The notes below the pieces were generated by a model, which saw nothing but the letters and a program-made list of their open reading frames with translations, searched no databases and had not been told where the DNA came from. This document shows, one piece after another, positions 9,594 through 19,681 of a stretch of DNA of 43,880 bases; within the stretch, counting starts at the first letter, position 1, and each line of letters begins with the position of its first letter. A program made the position numbers and the translations under genes. Source of the DNA: Candidatus Odinarchaeota archaeon (GTDB lineage Archaea; Asgardarchaeota; Lokiarchaeia; Sigyniarchaeales; SOKP01). Where the stretch lies: positions 1-43,880 of the forward strand of contig JBHLPZ010000004.1 in the NCBI GenBank assembly GCA_048885325.1. The letters run 5' to 3'.

Positions 9594-10672
9594 TATGAAC
9601 TCCAATAAATTTCATTCTCCCTTTTTAGTTTTGATACTTTTCCTAGTCTTTCTAACTCATTTAATATATTTAAATTTGACATCATTTCTGATGCCTCAGC
9701 AATAACTATTGTATCGCGTAATTCAGTGTTATGAAGAAACTTTTCAAATCTTTTAATGTATTCTTTAAATGTTTCGTTTGTAATTTGTTCAAGTGTTAAT
9801 TTACTTTTTTCTTGTAATAACTTCAATAACTGATTTTGCTTAGCTGTGATATCTTCATAGAAATCCAATAATCGCTTCTTTAAATTCTCAATTATAGGAT
9901 TTTTACCATGCCCAGATAATATTACTTTTACTATTCCACTTTCTACCAATTTTATGATCTTATTAATAGATGCTTTAAAATCTGATATATTAGTATAATT
10001 ACCTGAGAAATTTGGTCCAATACTACTCAAATGGATATCAGAAGAAAAAAGCAAATAATCTTCTTCTTTATATAGCATACACATTCCAGGAGTATGCCCT
10101 GGAGCATGAATCACTTTCAAATTTCCTGGTAAAATTTCTCCATCTTTAAATGTATTGGAAATTTTCCTACTTTTAACATTCCAGATGTCAAAAATCATTT
10201 TAAAACTCTGTTTAATTGGAATCGTAGAGTTAGGAGTAGAATAGTAATTTAATGCATCAATAAAGTCTTTGTATTTTTTATTGTTTTTTATTAGAGAAAT
10301 ATCAAAAAGCATATTATAATATTCTTTCGAGCTTTCAATGAATCTTTTATCTAACTTGTGAATGTATCCTTGCATATTTTCATTTTTTTTTTGAAGATAG
10401 TCAATTAATCCAACATGATCACTATGTCCATGAGTTATGTAAAAATGTTTTATTTCTGAGAATTTTATTTCATTTTGTTTCAAGGTCGTATTTAAATTTC
10501 TTTTCGAACAACCAGGATCTATTATAGCGTATTTATTATTATTAATCTTAATTAAATAACAATTGCATGAATTAAAATTCATGGTTGCCATTGAATCCTG
10601 ATGAATTAAAATAATATTCTCATTAATTTTTGTATATATTTTTTTATTGCTAGAAGGTTGATTAGATTTCAT
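9581..10672 (-). CDS. Metallo-beta-lactamase-fold hydrolase with C-terminal winged-helix domain
   Basis: IIDPG, THGHSDH, PGHTPG, SSD, SGHG; wHTH-like tail (LTLEQIT..LNELERLGKV). Start is either ATG 10672 or GTG 10729 overlapping the acdA stop. Confidence 0.82.
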   Translation of the reverse strand: MKSNQPSSNKKIYTKINENIILIHQDSMATMNFNSCNCYLIKINNNKYAIIDPGCSKRNLNTTLKQNEIKFSEIKHFYITHGHSDHVGLIDYLQKKNENMQGYIHKLDKRFIESSKEYYNMLFDISLIKNNKKYKDFIDALNYYSTPNSTIPIKQSFKMIFDIWNVKSRKISNTFKDGEILPGNLKVIHAPGHTPGMCMLYKEEDYLLFSSDIHLSSIGPNFSGNYTNISDFKASINKIIKLVESGIVKVILSGHGKNPIIENLKKRLLDFYEDITAKQNQLLKLLQEKSKLTLEQITNETFKEYIKRFEKFLHNTELRDTIVIAEASEMMSNLNILNELERLGKVSKLKRENEIYWSSYHFL

Positions 10673-10725
10673 TTGAAATGTAGGTGGTAAGTAATATACT
10701 ATATATTTTATTTGTAATTTTTTGT

Positions 10726-12198
10726 TCACTTTAATAAGTTTGTATTAGAATTAAGCATAAAATTTGAATAGTGCCACATACGTATTAAAACCCATACTCC
10801 TTCTTCTGGATAGTAAACTGGAATTCCATGATCTTGTAAATAAGCTACAAATTTTTCCTCTCTTGTATTATAGCAAGTTAAAATTATTGGTTTATTATAC
10901 TTTTCTTTAAAATCTACAAGTTCATCGAAAAGGGCCATAAAAAAGTCATCCATCATATCTCCAAAATTTTCCAAAGCGATTACACTTTCCAGATCCTTCA
11001 TATAATCTGGAACTTTAAGTATATTAGTAAAATATTGATTTCCCATCAACCCATAGAATATTAAAGAATCGATCTCATCACTTTTTAATAGAATTTCTGG
11101 TACAATGTTCAAGTAATTTTGCATATCATCACTGTAGGTAAGGTCAATAGGATTCATTGTTGAAGCGGTTGGTGGGAGCCATGGTTTTATCTTTTCTTGT
11201 AGCCCTTCGCTTAAAACAGGAACTCGCATTCCATTACTTTCAAACAAATCAGACATCAATGTACCCGGTCCGCCCCCCATAGTAAGTATCGCTACACGAT
11301 TTCCTTTTAAAAGAGGAAGTGAATCAAATCCATTTAACAAGTTTAGCATCTCAATACTATTTTTTACTTTAACTGCACCTGTTTGCTCGCATATTGAGTC
11401 AATAATATAACCCGGAGATGTAATAGCAGCAGTATGGGATTTGGCAGATCTTGTACCTGCTTCTGTTTGCCCTATTGGAATTATAACAATTGGTTTTTTA
11501 GTATTTATTCTATTAACTAATTCTATAAATTCTTTACCTCGCCTAACCGCTTCAAAATATAAACCAATACACGTAGTATCTTGATCTTCTTCTAGTACTC
11601 CTAGATAATCAACCAAATCTGTATTAACTTCATTTCCAACCGAAATTATTTTAGATATTCCGACACCTATCTTTGTACTTATCGCAATTAAAGGTTGTAC
11701 AGCATAAGTTCCCGATTGTGAGATAATTGAAACCCCTCCTTTTCTTGGTGGCCAAGGAACATGAGTGATGTTAATATTTGGAGCTACTACTTCTCCCGAA
11801 CAATTAGGACCCATAATTTTAATTTCATATTTCTGAGCTATCTCTTTCATTCGTTTTTGTTCTTCTTCATTACCGATTTCTGAAAAACCACCTGATACAA
11901 TGATAGCATATTTTACCCCTTTTTTGCCACAATCTTCTAAAATATTATTAATTATATCAGGACGAGTAGCTATTACAACTAAATCAATCTCTTCAGGTAC
12001 ATCGTTAATATTTTTATAAGCTTTAAAACCTAAGATTTTTTCTTCCTTTGGATGAATTGGTATTATTTTTCCTTGAAATCCTGCAGCTAATAAGTTAGTG
12101 AGATGCAGACTCCCAAATTTTTGCATCACATTAGAAGCACCATAAAAAGCAACAGTTTTTGGATTAAAAAATCCATTAAACTTTTCAGGTTTAGACAT
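10726..12198 (-). CDS. acdA: ADP-forming acetate/acyl-CoA synthetase alpha subunit
   Basis: FNPKTVAFYGAS CoA-binding fold, GPNC, ISQSG, SVGNE, phospho-His motif SHTA, GGPG, NPIDL. Confidence 0.92.
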   Translation of the reverse strand: MSKPEKFNGFFNPKTVAFYGASNVMQKFGSLHLTNLLAAGFQGKIIPIHPKEEKILGFKAYKNINDVPEEIDLVVIATRPDIINNILEDCGKKGVKYAIIVSGGFSEIGNEEEQKRMKEIAQKYEIKIMGPNCSGEVVAPNINITHVPWPPRKGGVSIISQSGTYAVQPLIAISTKIGVGISKIISVGNEVNTDLVDYLGVLEEDQDTTCIGLYFEAVRRGKEFIELVNRINTKKPIVIIPIGQTEAGTRSAKSHTAAITSPGYIIDSICEQTGAVKVKNSIEMLNLLNGFDSLPLLKGNRVAILTMGGGPGTLMSDLFESNGMRVPVLSEGLQEKIKPWLPPTASTMNPIDLTYSDDMQNYLNIVPEILLKSDEIDSLIFYGLMGNQYFTNILKVPDYMKDLESVIALENFGDMMDDFFMALFDELVDFKEKYNKPIILTCYNTREEKFVAYLQDHGIPVYYPEEGVWVLIRMWHYSNFMLNSNTNLLK

Positions 12199-12902
12199 TA
12201 TTCATCCTCCTTTAAAATAATTCTTGCATCAACAACCATTAGTCCTTTATCTTTTTCAAACACGATTACAGGATTTAAATCTAATTCTTCTATTTCTGGA
12301 TTTTCAATTAAAAGACGACAACATTTCAATAAAGTATCTATTATTTTTTCATTATCTGCTTTGGGTTGTCCTCGATATCCGTCCAATAGTGGAAAAGCTT
12401 TGATGCTTCTAATCATCTTATTAGCTTCGTCTTGAGAAATTGGACATACTCGATGTGACACGTCTTTAAATATCTCAACAAAAATACCACCTAATCCAAA
12501 CATAAGAACTGGTCCAAAATTAATATCTCTAATGCTTCCTATTATTATCTCAACGATGCCTTTTTCTACCATTTTCTGTATATTTACTCCTTCTAATTGA
12601 GCCTCAGAACTGTAGTGTTTGCCATTATTAATAACTTCTTTATAAGCTTTCCTAACTTCCTCATCAGAATTCAAATTTAACTTAATTGCTCCAGCTTCAG
12701 TTTTATGGATTATATCAGGGCTCATTAATTTTGCAACTACAGGATAGCCTATATTATTAGCAAATCTTACAGCTTCATCCTCATCTTTAACAACTTTATA
12801 TTCTCCAACTGGAATGTCATACTTAGCAATTAGATCTTTACTTTCATGTTCCATCAAAAATGTTCTATTCTTACTAAGGACATTTCTAATTATTGAATCC
12901 AC
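12198..12902 (-). CDS. acdB: ADP-forming acetate/acyl-CoA synthetase beta subunit (ATP-grasp)
   Basis: GYPVVAK, HKTEAG, FGPVLMFGLGGIFVE, ELDLNP, VDAR; TAATG stop/start overlap with acdA. Confidence 0.92.
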   Translation of the reverse strand: MDSIIRNVLSKNRTFLMEHESKDLIAKYDIPVGEYKVVKDEDEAVRFANNIGYPVVAKLMSPDIIHKTEAGAIKLNLNSDEEVRKAYKEVINNGKHYSSEAQLEGVNIQKMVEKGIVEIIIGSIRDINFGPVLMFGLGGIFVEIFKDVSHRVCPISQDEANKMIRSIKAFPLLDGYRGQPKADNEKIIDTLLKCCRLLIENPEIEELDLNPVIVFEKDKGLMVVDARIILKEDE

Positions 12903-12912
12903 TTTAGTTATC

Positions 12913-13347
12913 CTAATTCCCCCCGTCTTTTATATTTTTAAAAATGTTAAATGACAAACGTGAGATTTTAATGAAATATATAGTAAGTATAGCAAAAATT
13001 AAATCAATTAACCCGAATAAAAATAACCCGATACTAATCGCTGGTAAGATGAAAATATTTACGATGATAACTATTTGAATAGTAAAACGTAGAATAATTA
13101 TGAAAAGTATATTGTTTAAGAATTTTTTTACATTAAGTGCTGAGAAAAATAGTATGAAACCGAGGATTATTGCCAATAATCCAGCAGTATGAGCAAAAAT
13201 TGGATAATCTAATTGCACAATATTTAATCCCATTAAATTCAACAGTGGTACTATGAAAAATATCATCAAAATTCCAAAACTGATTTCATAAATACCCCCA
13301 ATCATTGATAAGATTTTCAATATTCTATTTGCCTTCTCTTTTTCCAT
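12913..13347 (-). CDS. Small integral membrane protein (~4 TM)
   Basis: Four hydrophobic segments; embedded in the operon with GGAG RBS. Confidence 0.75.
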   Translation of the reverse strand: MEKEKANRILKILSMIGGIYEISFGILMIFFIVPLLNLMGLNIVQLDYPIFAHTAGLLAIILGFILFFSALNVKKFLNNILFIIILRFTIQIVIIVNIFILPAISIGLFLFGLIDLIFAILTIYFIKISRLSFNIFKNIKDGGN

Positions 13348-13369
13348 CTTTTTCTCCCTTTCACTTTTC

Positions 13370-14188
13370 TTATCTTCCTAAAAAATCAGGTTCTCTTTTT
13401 TCAAAAAATGCTAATAACCCTTCAGTAAAATCTTCTGAATCAAACGCCTTAAATAAAGCTTCCGCTTCATTTTCAAGTGCTTGAATTGTCTTATCCTCTA
13501 ATACTTTATTTATAATCACTTTTGCCAATCCAATCGAATATGTAGGACCTTTTGCTAGTTTCTCAGCAATTTCCATGACCTTGTTCATGAAGTTATCAAC
13601 CGGAAAAACATCATTAATCAATCCCATCTTTAAAGCTTCTTGAGCACTGAATCTATCGCCAAAGAAGATGAGTTCTTTCGCCTTATGAATACCAACTACT
13701 CTTGGTAATATATATGTAGAAGACATTTCAGGGATAATTGCCCTCTTCATGAAAAAAGTACCGAGTTCAGCATTTTCTGCTGCATAAATCAAGTCGCAAT
13801 TTAAAGCAATATTTAACCCTCCTCCTAGAGCAAGTCCATTAATCGCAGCGATAATGGGTTTAGGAGTCCTCTGCAATTTTAATACTAATCTTTTTTGGGA
13901 AACATCTATTTCTACTTCTCCAGATTGCATTTTTCCTCCGTCTTCTACACTATCCACATCTCCTGCCATTCCTTGGCTTGCTTGATTGAAATCTCCGCCA
14001 GTGGAAAAAGCACGGCCCTTTCCTGTGATAACTGCTGCTCTAATTTCCTCGTTATTCGCAATTTCATCTAAAGCTTCATAAATCTCATCAAACATTCTGC
14101 CATTTATAGCATTTAATTTATATTCTCGATTAAATGTTATAATAGCAACATTATTTTTTACTTCAAATAATAGATATTTGAAATCCAT
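13370..14188 (-). CDS. Crotonase-family protein, PaaG/isomerase-like
   Basis: FSTGGD, ALGGGLNIALNCD (no first Glu), FFMKRAIIPE, EKREPDF; start moved to MDFKY behind a GAGGG RBS. Confidence 0.88.
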   Translation of the reverse strand: MDFKYLLFEVKNNVAIITFNREYKLNAINGRMFDEIYEALDEIANNEEIRAAVITGKGRAFSTGGDFNQASQGMAGDVDSVEDGGKMQSGEVEIDVSQKRLVLKLQRTPKPIIAAINGLALGGGLNIALNCDLIYAAENAELGTFFMKRAIIPEMSSTYILPRVVGIHKAKELIFFGDRFSAQEALKMGLINDVFPVDNFMNKVMEIAEKLAKGPTYSIGLAKVIINKVLEDKTIQALENEAEALFKAFDSEDFTEGLLAFFEKREPDFLGR

Positions 14189-14252
14189 TCTTTTACCCTC
14201 TTTTTTACTATTAAATATAAAATTAAAAAAAAAATTATACAAATTCAAATTT

Positions 14253-14582
14253 TTATTTCATTAGCATTTGCATTTTAAGCATATCTTTCATTGGACCCTT
14301 TGCTTTTAACTTTCCTCCCATAAATGCTTTTGTAGGACTTAACTCACCATCCATTATATCTATGATTACATCACTAGTTGTCGTAATAGTAATATCTGGA
14401 TCATCAATTTCACCATCTTTTATTTCACATTTAGCATCTTTAAAAACCAAATAGTAATTATTAGTATCTTTAAAGTTAAATTGTAAAATCCTATCAAATC
14501 CCTTAAATCTTTCTTGATAAGCAGGGTCATCCAATTTACTAACCATTTTCTTAATTCCTTCAACCAATTCTTCATCTGACAT
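14253..14582 (-). CDS. SCP2 sterol/lipid-carrier domain protein
   Basis: ILQFNF..DPDITIT..GELSPTKAFMGGKLKAKG SCP2 signature; GGAGG RBS before MSDEEL. Confidence 0.88.
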   Translation of the reverse strand: MSDEELVEGIKKMVSKLDDPAYQERFKGFDRILQFNFKDTNNYYLVFKDAKCEIKDGEIDDPDITITTTSDVIIDIMDGELSPTKAFMGGKLKAKGPMKDMLKMQMLMK

Positions 14583-14629
14583 AATTTTTCCTCCTATTAT
14601 TTTATTTTTAATATAATTTTTAAAAAAAT

Positions 14630-15430
14630 TTATTTTCCTTTCCATTTTGGTTCTCGATTACCTTCCATGAAAGCAGTAAAACCCTCAATAACATCTTCAG
14701 AGTGAAAAAGCTCTTGGAATGGTTCCCACAGGCTACCTATTGCTCTGGTTCTAGTATAATGGTATCCTTGCTGGAACCATTTTTTAGTCCACTTGTGACT
14801 TAGAGGAGCGACTTTTTTCATTTCTTCAGCCATTTCTTTAGTAACTTTCTTTAATTGATCATGGGGAACCACTCTGTTAATTAAACCCATTCTATAAGCT
14901 TCATCTGCAGAAATAATTTTCCCAGTTAATAAAAGCTCTTTTGTATGGCGCATTCCTATTATTTCGGGAAGCAATAAAAATGCAACACCGCTTGCTAATC
15001 CTCTTCGATTTTCCCAAAAGCCCATTTGAGCATCGTCCGCAGCAACAGCACAGTCACACCATAGAGTAAGCTCTAGACCTCCGGCATATGCATATCCATT
15101 AATCATTGCGATCAAAGGTTTAGGATAACGTGCCATTAATTCACATGGATCAAGCAAGATTCCTAGAAAATCACCAAGATTCTTAAATCCCGTTGTTGAC
15201 ATCTCTTTTATATCAAGTCCAGCTGAAAATGCCCGACCGCCTTTATATTCCTCGTCATTTCCTGTTAATATGATTACTCTTACATTAATATCATCCCAAG
15301 TATCTGATAATACTTGTCCTATACTTGCCCATACATCTCTAGATAATGCATTTCTTCTTTCAGGACGATCTATAGTAATCCACCCAATTTCATCTTCAAC
15401 TTCAAATTTAATTTCTTCGTATTTTGTCAT
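14630..15430 (-). CDS. Enoyl-CoA hydratase (crotonase family)
   Basis: DRPERRNAL, FSAGLD, AYAGGLE, FWE, REPKWKGK. Confidence 0.9.
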   Translation of the reverse strand: MTKYEEIKFEVEDEIGWITIDRPERRNALSRDVWASIGQVLSDTWDDINVRVIILTGNDEEYKGGRAFSAGLDIKEMSTTGFKNLGDFLGILLDPCELMARYPKPLIAMINGYAYAGGLELTLWCDCAVAADDAQMGFWENRRGLASGVAFLLLPEIIGMRHTKELLLTGKIISADEAYRMGLINRVVPHDQLKKVTKEMAEEMKKVAPLSHKWTKKWFQQGYHYTRTRAIGSLWEPFQELFHSEDVIEGFTAFMEGNREPKWKGK

Positions 15431-15448
15431 TTTTTATAACCTCGTTTC

Positions 15449-16696
15449 TTATAAGTCTTTAGCATCTGCCTCAGTTGGACCCCTCACTGATGGAGTTAAC
15501 ATGCGAGTATCAACCTCTTGCATAAATTCATTTCTTCCAATGAATAATTTTAAAATATCATTAGAACCTCCTGCAATTTGCATTAAAGCCGCGTTCTTGA
15601 GAATGCCCCCTACTCCTGTTTCTTGAAGATATCCATCTCCTCCACATATGAAAAGAGCATCTAAAGCCATTTCAGTTAAAGATTGTGTGCCAAATACCTT
15701 AGAAATTGAAGACTTAACCCCAAAACTGAACATATCAGCTTCACCTTTATCCAATAAATCAGCTAAATAATATAAAAAGACTCGGGTTAAATGCATTTTC
15801 ATTGAAATATTTGCCATTCTTAATTGAACCCCATTATATCTTGAAATTGGCATTCCAAATTGAACTCTTCTACGTCCATAAGCTCTCGCTGTTTCTAATA
15901 AATTTCTTGATGAACCTACGACTCCCGCTATTCCTAAGCGCTCAATGTTTAAGGCGCTAGTCATAACAGTCCAACCATCTCCAGGATCTAGAATCATATT
16001 TTCTTCTGGTACTCGAACATCCCTATATCTAATTACTGAATTAGCCATTTCAACATCACCTATTAATGTATTAATTTTTTCAAAAGAGATTCCATGAAGA
16101 TCAGTAGGGACAAAAAATGCCGTCAAATGTCTATATACTCTTCGCATATCGGGATCTGAATTAGCATAAAGCATATGATAATCACTTATTGGTCCTAAGG
16201 TGATAAAACGTTTCCAACCGTTCAGAACCCATTCATCTCCATCTTTTTCAGCACTTAATTGAATCCCAGCAGCATCATTACCTACGTCCGGTTCAGTAAC
16301 AGTAATAGAAGCCCATTTCTCGCCTTTTACTAGTGGAACCATATATTTTTGTTTTTGTTGTTCAGTCCCAAACAAATGTATCGGACCAGCTCCAAATACA
16401 CTTGTTAACAAGGGGTTTATGTTTATCATTGCCCTCCCAACTTCTTCGTTCAAAATAGTATAACCTGCATAACCTTGATCAACTCCACCATATTCTTCCT
16501 CAGCTAAAACCATTAAAGGATGGAATCCTTTATCAATACATAGTTTTGAAGCTTCCCATTGAATCGTCATCGGATCTTTATTCTGCTCAAGAAGTTTAAT
16601 AGCTCTAGGTTGGAGTTCTGTATCCATGAAATTCTCAACTTCATCTGCAAATTTTTTCGTTCTATCACTCCACCATGGCATATAATCAAATGTCAT
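15449..16696 (-). CDS. Acyl-CoA dehydrogenase
   Basis: TEPDVGND, WVLNGWKRFIT, LNIERL, RRVQFG, GGDGY, QIAGGSNDILK. Confidence 0.92.
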   Translation of the reverse strand: MTFDYMPWWSDRTKKFADEVENFMDTELQPRAIKLLEQNKDPMTIQWEASKLCIDKGFHPLMVLAEEEYGGVDQGYAGYTILNEEVGRAMININPLLTSVFGAGPIHLFGTEQQKQKYMVPLVKGEKWASITVTEPDVGNDAAGIQLSAEKDGDEWVLNGWKRFITLGPISDYHMLYANSDPDMRRVYRHLTAFFVPTDLHGISFEKINTLIGDVEMANSVIRYRDVRVPEENMILDPGDGWTVMTSALNIERLGIAGVVGSSRNLLETARAYGRRRVQFGMPISRYNGVQLRMANISMKMHLTRVFLYYLADLLDKGEADMFSFGVKSSISKVFGTQSLTEMALDALFICGGDGYLQETGVGGILKNAALMQIAGGSNDILKLFIGRNEFMQEVDTRMLTPSVRGPTEADAKDL

Positions 16697-16697
16697 T

Positions 16698-16997
16698 TTA
16701 TTCTAGTCCCTCTTTTTTATAATTAGCATATGCATCTTTTCCCATGCCAAATTTTAAATTAACATTGCCAATTTCATTTAAGCCTTGCCAAGATATCTTT
16801 GCTAACTTAATTTTGTCCCTTTCTTCATAAATACTGATAAGTTTAGCATCAGCTAGTGTTTTTAATACAGTTTGAATATCTTTTCTTTTCACATCTAATA
16901 ATTTCGCCATATCAACTGCTTCCATATGAAGCGCTTGGTTATATTCAAATTGCTTTGCTAATAGTTTAAGCGCTTTTAGCTCTAATTCTTCGTACAA
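16698..16997 (-). CDS. Small winged-helix protein
   Basis: MAKLLDVKRKDIQTVLKTLADAKLI HTH-like pattern; 1 nt from the acyl-CoA dehydrogenase start; GGTG RBS. Confidence 0.7.
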   Translation of the reverse strand: MYEELELKALKLLAKQFEYNQALHMEAVDMAKLLDVKRKDIQTVLKTLADAKLISIYEERDKIKLAKISWQGLNEIGNVNLKFGMGKDAYANYKKEGLE

Positions 16998-17207
16998 ATC
17001 TCACACCTTTTTAATAGTTTATTTTAAATTAAAAATTCTTAAATATTTTAGATTGCATTATATAATTGCTCTAGCAAATTTAAGAAAATCCTAAAATGAG
17101 TCTTAATTCTTTTAAAGTAAATTTAAGATGATAAAAATATTTTGAATAAAATTAAAATATTTAGAAGAATACTAATAATTTTAGTTGAATTTTAACTTTA
17201 TCGAAGT

Positions 17208-18029
17208 GTGTATTTCTTGAATTTGAATGAAATATTTCTCGAGTTCTCGAATGATAAGAGATTGATTGTCTTTAAAAACTTATATGGTAAAGAAAAGAGA
17301 CACAGTCAATTAGAAAAAGAGCTAAATTTCCCAGGATCGGAAATATCTCGACATCTAAAAAGATTACTAGAAAAAGATTTAATAATAAAGACTGTTGATA
17401 ATAAATATACTATTTCTAATATTGGAAGAATTTTTTATAGGATAATGGATATTTTTGAAGTGTCAATTAGTTTGAAAGATTTCTTCAATAAACATAATTT
17501 AACTTCAATTCCAGTGCACCTTATACTTCAATTGGGTAAATTAAAAACAATAGAAATTAAAAAAAAAACATTGCAAAATATTGAGCTTTGGTCTAACTTA
17601 GTAACTGATTCCCAAAAGTTTATTTTTGCAATTTCAGACCAACTACAAAATTCTCTTTTACCTATTGTTGAAAAAAAAATTAAAGATCAATCGCTAGATG
17701 TAAGAGCATTAATAAACCCTGCTCTCGCTAAATCTTATAAAATTCCTAATGAATGGTTAAAATTATTTAAAAATGCTCAGGAATTTTTTAAGAAATTAGA
17801 TATTTACCAAAATATTCGTTTATTAGATCAAATTAATTTCTCTTTAATAGTATCTGATAAAGGGGCCATACTTTTTTTAAATAAAGATGGTCAGATTGAT
17901 TATAGTCAATGTTTAATCGATTCGAATGATTCATTCATAAATTGGACAATAGATTTATTTGAATGGTATTGGAAGAAAGGAAAAAATCTGAAGCCTTTTA
18001 TTAAGAGCGAACTTAAGTCTGTTAGCTAG
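17208..18029 (+). CDS. Archaeal HTH transcriptional regulator (ArsR-like N-terminus, FilR1/DUF1724-like C-terminus)
   Basis: FSNDKRL..EISRHLKRLLEKDLI..YTISNIG; C-terminal DGQIDYSQCLI..FINWTIDLFEWYW; divergent from the lipid operon. Confidence 0.8.
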   Translation: MYFLNLNEIFLEFSNDKRLIVFKNLYGKEKRHSQLEKELNFPGSEISRHLKRLLEKDLIIKTVDNKYTISNIGRIFYRIMDIFEVSISLKDFFNKHNLTSIPVHLILQLGKLKTIEIKKKTLQNIELWSNLVTDSQKFIFAISDQLQNSLLPIVEKKIKDQSLDVRALINPALAKSYKIPNEWLKLFKNAQEFFKKLDIYQNIRLLDQINFSLIVSDKGAILFLNKDGQIDYSQCLIDSNDSFINWTIDLFEWYWKKGKNLKPFIKSELKSVS

Positions 18030-18257
18030 AAAGATGTCAATTTATCTAAATTAATACAAATAACATACTTTTATATATTCAAATGACAAATATTCCTTTT
18101 GCTTTTTATTACTTTCATATCCCCTTGGATTTGTAAACTATTTAAATTTGAAGAAAAAATTAGTTAAAAACGAATATCAAAATTAATTTTAATTTTTTTT
18201 ATTTATTTTAAATATCTCTCTAAAAAAGTTTTCCTAATCAGCTATATATTATTATTT

Positions 18258-18815
18258 ATGCCTAAAAATAAGAAGAAGCTTTTAAAAAAGATAATTGAAA
18301 TTGAATTTCAAATGTTTGAAAATGTTAGATCTAGTCAACCTTCTTTATGTCAAGAAAATCCTGGGGCATTTAAGTTAATGAGGGAAATGAATCATAGTGC
18401 ATTATCTTATGACACCCTTAAATCTTATCTTAAAGATTTAAAAACAGCAAAGTCAAAGGGAAGGAATCTAATGACTGAGAAATATGCAAGGATGAATAAT
18501 TTGATTCCTCCACTTAAAGTTAATCCTCTGATCCAAAAAATCGTATCAATAGAATCAGGCTGGATGGATGAATTATCGAATCAATATCCCCTAAGTGTAA
18601 ATCATAAGCCAAATTATTTTATTAAATATCTCTCATGTGAATTAGAAACTTATTCTAATAACTCAATTGAATTATATCTTAAAGATATTCAAATCGCAAA
18701 GGAAAACGGAGCAAATTTAGCAAAAAAAAGATTTGATCATCTTGCTAAGGAATTGGGATATTCATCGTTAAAAGAGTTAGAATTTAAAAGAAAAAATGAA
18801 TCAAGAAGTAACTAG
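18258..18815 (+). CDS. DUF4125 family protein
   Basis: IIEIEFQMF, CQE..F..MR, SYLKDL, GRNLMTEKYARM, YLSCELETYS. Confidence 0.78.
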   Translation: MPKNKKKLLKKIIEIEFQMFENVRSSQPSLCQENPGAFKLMREMNHSALSYDTLKSYLKDLKTAKSKGRNLMTEKYARMNNLIPPLKVNPLIQKIVSIESGWMDELSNQYPLSVNHKPNYFIKYLSCELETYSNNSIELYLKDIQIAKENGANLAKKRFDHLAKELGYSSLKELEFKRKNESRSN

Positions 18816-18873
18816 ATTTATAATGTGTTTCTAAAAATATAAGAAACGATTTAATTAAAATATTAAAAAAAAT

Positions 18874-19659
18874 CTAATTTGACTTTAACAAGGCATCTTC
18901 GATCGCCTTTCTAAGTATACTCTTCTCTATTTCTGGGCCTATTTCCATCATATTACCATTCACATAGATTCTTCGAGAAAGGCCATATTGTTGTAAAATT
19001 GATTGGTTAACCGCTGAAAACTCATTAAGAATAACATTATTTCCAAATTCTGAAACAACTTCTCGCACTCTTTGCGCCTCAACATCACTTGTTAAACAGA
19101 ATCTATTCCAAAATAAATCTACAATAACTTTTCCTTTCTCTGGTTTAAATTTATATTTTTCTTCTCGAAAATGAGGGGGTTCAGCTTTTTCATCAAATTT
19201 TTTCCAAACTATTGCTTCTTCGCCTCTTTTTTCTGCTACTTTGAAACCTAACTTAAGAAAAAAAGTAGCTGGCATAAACCAGAAATCCCAAAAGTAACCA
19301 ATTGTTGCAATTCCTCTTCGTTTCTGTTTATAAGTTTCTTCTTCTGCTGCCTTAATCAATGCTGTTCCTATACCTTTGTCAGAAAATTTCGAGTGCGACA
19401 CTAAGCATGGAAAAACCATTAAATCTTTACCTTGAATTTGCCAAGGATTTATCTCAATTGGCATAATATATAAAAATCCTGCATGTTTATCACCTAAAAG
19501 AGCAACTTTAACTTTTAATCCATACTTTTTCATATTTCTAAGCCAAGAGATGCGGCGTAGAGCAGAGATTTCATATTCATTATTATTTTCATTTATATGA
19601 GTACAGGTACCCACATAATCTTCATCATCCTTGGTCATATCTCGAACAATTATTTGCAT
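18874..19659 (-). CDS. GNAT N-acetyltransferase with C-terminal thioredoxin-like (YoaP-like) domain
   Basis: KGIGTALIKAAEE motif A, FFLKLGF motif B, C-terminal VDLFWNRFC..IYVNG. Confidence 0.8.
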   Translation of the reverse strand: MQIIVRDMTKDDEDYVGTCTHINENNNEYEISALRRISWLRNMKKYGLKVKVALLGDKHAGFLYIMPIEINPWQIQGKDLMVFPCLVSHSKFSDKGIGTALIKAAEEETYKQKRRGIATIGYFWDFWFMPATFFLKLGFKVAEKRGEEAIVWKKFDEKAEPPHFREEKYKFKPEKGKVIVDLFWNRFCLTSDVEAQRVREVVSEFGNNVILNEFSAVNQSILQQYGLSRRIYVNGNMMEIGPEIEKSILRKAIEDALLKSN

Positions 19660-19681
19660 TTTGAATGATCCCTACAAGTAT

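Noticed and set aside
16998-17207. Inverted repeats in the divergent promoter of the lipid operon
   Set aside because: Almost entirely A/T, so they cannot be distinguished from chance.
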